A DNA stretch of 43,559 bases from Clostridiaceae bacterium (lineage in GTDB: Bacteria; Bacillota; Clostridia; UBA1212; DUPL01). The position numbers and the translations under genes were made by a program. Location of the stretch: contig JAAYLF010000063.1 in the NCBI GenBank assembly GCA_012522035.1, positions 1 through 43,559 of the forward strand. Reading direction: 5' to 3'. The notes below the pieces were generated by a model, which was given only the letters and a program-made list of their open reading frames with translations, searched no databases and was not told where the DNA came from. Of the stretch, positions 41,192 to 43,559 are shown one piece after another. How positions within the stretch are numbered: position 1 is the first letter of the stretch; every line of letters starts with the position of its first letter.

Positions 41192-43559
41192 TTACCTTAT
41201 TACCACTTTGCCCTTCTCGTCCATGTACAAAAGTTTTCTGGCAGTAAGATATATGGGTATTCCGTTAAGAATGACACCTTCTTTCTTGAGCCAGTTCCTC
41301 ACTTCCACAAGAGACTTGAACGGCTTCTGTTCGTGCTGCAGCTTGATAATCCACCTTACTATCTCCTTGTAATCATCTGCATAAGGATTATCGGATTTTA
41401 CAAAGATACAGTTAGGCAAATTGTAATTCCTGGTAGGTATTTCCACAATGTTGACGTACTGCATGTAGTTTTGCACTATCGATATCAGCAAAAACGGAGT
41501 CCATTCAACACCCAAATCAGGAAATGCGGAAAAATCCTCCATGCCCATCATCGCCATATACTTCTTTTCCTCAAGTATATTCAACACTTCCAGCTTGATT
41601 GCAGTTAGCTTGTCCTCTGTCAAACCCAGTTTTGAAACATGGACAAGCTTGTTTACATCACTTCTTAAAAACTCATCAGACAAACAACTTATAAGTTTTG
41701 CCTTCTTCATAATCTTTATCTGATTATCCTCACAAAACTTGAACAGTTCGTTTATCTCTATTTCCTTCTTATCCCTCAAAAACTTTTTCACTATTGTGAA
41801 ATTGCATGCATCATCCGTGCCTTTTGCACCTATGTTTGGTCGTGAAAATTCATACTCATCCTCAAACATATACTTAAGTATACCATAAAGTTTTGAATAA
41901 TTGGTAATACTATTTCGTTTTATAAAATCCGCAAAAGCATTTTCTTTCCTTATGACACCGTAAACCTTCCTGCAGGATACCGGAATGCCTTTAATGAGAT
42001 CGTCCAGCTTCTCACGAAGATTTATATAATCCTCCTGAGTTATATTCAGCCTGTCTGCATGCATGTATGTGTTGTAGTCTATGGTTATGATGTCCTTGCA
42101 TCTTGCCATCGTCTGGGCAATCATGGAATCGGAAGTTCCCATGAAGTAGCTTTTTAGCTCTTTCTTGGTCACCTCTCCATTTTTCCTGATAAACTCCCTC
42201 AGCTCATAAGCAAAATCAATACCCCTGTCCTTCGATATCAGATCCTTGGTAAAGTAATACTTGTTTTTGAGTTTGTATTTCAAAAACCCTTGCAGGAAAT
42301 ACCTGTTGTCAATATTCGACCTTGCAAGAAGCTCATCCTTGAAAGCCTCAAAGACTTCAAGATATGAAAGTGCAACCCTGTCACTTTGATCAATATATTC
42401 CTCTATTCTCTGCACAAGGTCGTCAGGTATGGAAATGAAGTCAGGGTGGATGTAAGTACTCCTGTCACACAACACAGTTATTTCCACAATGCGCGCCTCC
42501 ACAGCCTTGTTGGACTGCGGCAGCTTTATATTCCCAAACATATCCGTAATTCTTCTTCTAAATATCTCCATTTCCTCTTCATCGGAAACCTTGATACCTA
42601 GAGGATAATATTTTTTCATGACAACCTCGTACTTTTCACCAAGACTCATTTGGTTGTTGCAAAACACCGTATCAAAGCATGTGTAATTCTTCTCTATGAC
42701 TTTTTCAACCAAAAGCGCAGGTATCGCAAGCTCATTTGAAGTCTTTTCCACCACTTCGTACAGCTCGTCACTCTTGAAGTATGGATTCGATTCCGCCATG
42801 TGTTTTTCAATGTTGGCATAGCTGAAATCGCCAGTCATTGAAAACAGGCCATACTTCTTATTGTAGCTCTGATGTGGTTTTAATGTGCTTTTGAGCAGGT
42901 ATATGAATATATCAACAATACTGTCATCAACCATATTGGTTATGACATTCTCAAGAGCAATGTCGGTATTGTCCGAAATAGCGGCAAAAAGGTTAAGAAA
43001 CCTCTTTCTTTTGTCGCATTGTACAAAGCCTTTGCACATGATATCTTCCAGCTGTCTTACCCTCTCCCTGGTGATACCACTGCCCCTGCCAATATCCTCC
43101 AGGGGTCTGCCCTGGGATCGGCTCTGCAGTATGTACATACATCTTTCAGTACCCGCAATCTTTTCCAAGGCATCCACAACCATGTCGTTGACATCGATAC
43201 CCAGATACCTGACAAAGCATTTTACAACAAGCATCTCTTCCTCGTTGCACTTTAATTCCTTTATGACCTTTTCAATATCGGACACGTACTCCAGCTCGCC
43301 AAAATACCTGTTTAGAACTTCCAGAGAATGAATGTTGTCAGTATACGCAATAATATACGGCTTAAGTTTTCTCTGTTTAACATGGTTGGAAATTGAGTCA
43401 AAATGTCTAGAAAGAAAATGGGTATCTCCCATGCCTTCATCATCCAAGAGTTTTTTGGAGTTCCTGTCTATGGCATCAACCTTTTCCCTTATATCCTTCA
43501 AACTACCTTTTCCGAGTCTGCTGATAGACAATAGAGCTTCATCAGGCATTTCCCTAATG
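41192..43559 (-). CDS. Large protein with RpoA-CTD-like helix-hairpin-helix and sigma-70 region-4-like HTH, remainder unknown, possibly 5'-partial
   Basis: At least 785 aa. N-terminal ALLSISRLGKGSLKDIREKV looks like the second half of an HhH. ILQSRSQGRPLEDIGRGSGITRERVRQLEDIMCKGF matches sigma-70 region 4.2. There is no in-frame stop between ATG 43549 and the window end, so the real start may lie outside. Confidence 0.6.
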   Translation of the reverse strand, partial: IREMPDEALLSISRLGKGSLKDIREKVDAIDRNSKKLLDDEGMGDTHFLSRHFDSISNHVKQRKLKPYIIAYTDNIHSLEVLNRYFGELEYVSDIEKVIKELKCNEEEMLVVKCFVRYLGIDVNDMVVDALEKIAGTERCMYILQSRSQGRPLEDIGRGSGITRERVRQLEDIMCKGFVQCDKRKRFLNLFAAISDNTDIALENVITNMVDDSIVDIFIYLLKSTLKPHQSYNKKYGLFSMTGDFSYANIEKHMAESNPYFKSDELYEVVEKTSNELAIPALLVEKVIEKNYTCFDTVFCNNQMSLGEKYEVVMKKYYPLGIKVSDEEEMEIFRRRITDMFGNIKLPQSNKAVEARIVEITVLCDRSTYIHPDFISIPDDLVQRIEEYIDQSDRVALSYLEVFEAFKDELLARSNIDNRYFLQGFLKYKLKNKYYFTKDLISKDRGIDFAYELREFIRKNGEVTKKELKSYFMGTSDSMIAQTMARCKDIITIDYNTYMHADRLNITQEDYINLREKLDDLIKGIPVSCRKVYGVIRKENAFADFIKRNSITNYSKLYGILKYMFEDEYEFSRPNIGAKGTDDACNFTIVKKFLRDKKEIEINELFKFCEDNQIKIMKKAKLISCLSDEFLRSDVNKLVHVSKLGLTEDKLTAIKLEVLNILEEKKYMAMMGMEDFSAFPDLGVEWTPFLLISIVQNYMQYVNIVEIPTRNYNLPNCIFVKSDNPYADDYKEIVRWIIKLQHEQKPFKSLVEVRNWLKKEGVILNGIPIYLTARKLLYMDEKGKVVIR

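Noticed and set aside
1-43559. Search for tRNA, rRNA, CRISPR arrays, riboswitch-like leaders, transposases, integrases and toxin-antitoxin pairs
   Set aside because: I found no cloverleaf-like or rRNA-like segments, no spaced direct-repeat arrays and no recombinase-like ORFs. The intergenic regions are short and explained by promoters and terminators. The AbrB-type protein looks like the genuine transition-state regulator in conserved synteny, not a MazE-type antitoxin.

Overview
The window looks like a chromosomal segment from a spore-forming Clostridia-class Firmicute. It is moderately AT-rich and carries the sporulation and coat genes spmA/spmB, cwlD, a cotH-family gene and abrB. Most genes are on the minus strand and tightly packed, often with ATGA or GTGA stop/start overlaps. 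Recognisable housekeeping genes include rho (running off the left edge), a dnaD-like/dnaC-like pair, glpK and tex. They also include the Bacillus-like yaaO-darA-holB-ricT-yabB-rsmI/abrB block and a malic enzyme gene. I saw no rRNA, tRNA, CRISPR array, transposase or integrase. The best candidate for an undescribed system is a 10-gene minus-strand operon at about 30842-38664. It has the skeleton of a Tad/Flp-type (type IV filament) machine: a CpaB-like protein, a CpaF/TadA-like ATPase and two TadB/C-like membrane proteins. It is very divergent. It is headed by a Ser/Thr-kinase fused to a P-loop-less ParA/TadZ-like domain. It ends with five small N-terminally anchored proteins that lack a prepilin leader, and no prepilin peptidase is present. 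A second unexplained block (7935-11152) holds a truncated SF1 helicase homologue with every catalytic motif mutated. It converges on a tandem pair of unknown paralogues. Other items are a glpK operon with a lipase-like and a GH15-like protein, and a CotH gene next to a (PEPK)n repeat protein. There is also a large HhH plus sigma-70-region-4 protein at the right edge, a 56-aa ferredoxin missing from the ORF track, and several promoter, terminator and repeat signals read from the intergenic DNA. All functional calls come from motif reading of the translations, with no database search, so family assignments are provisional.
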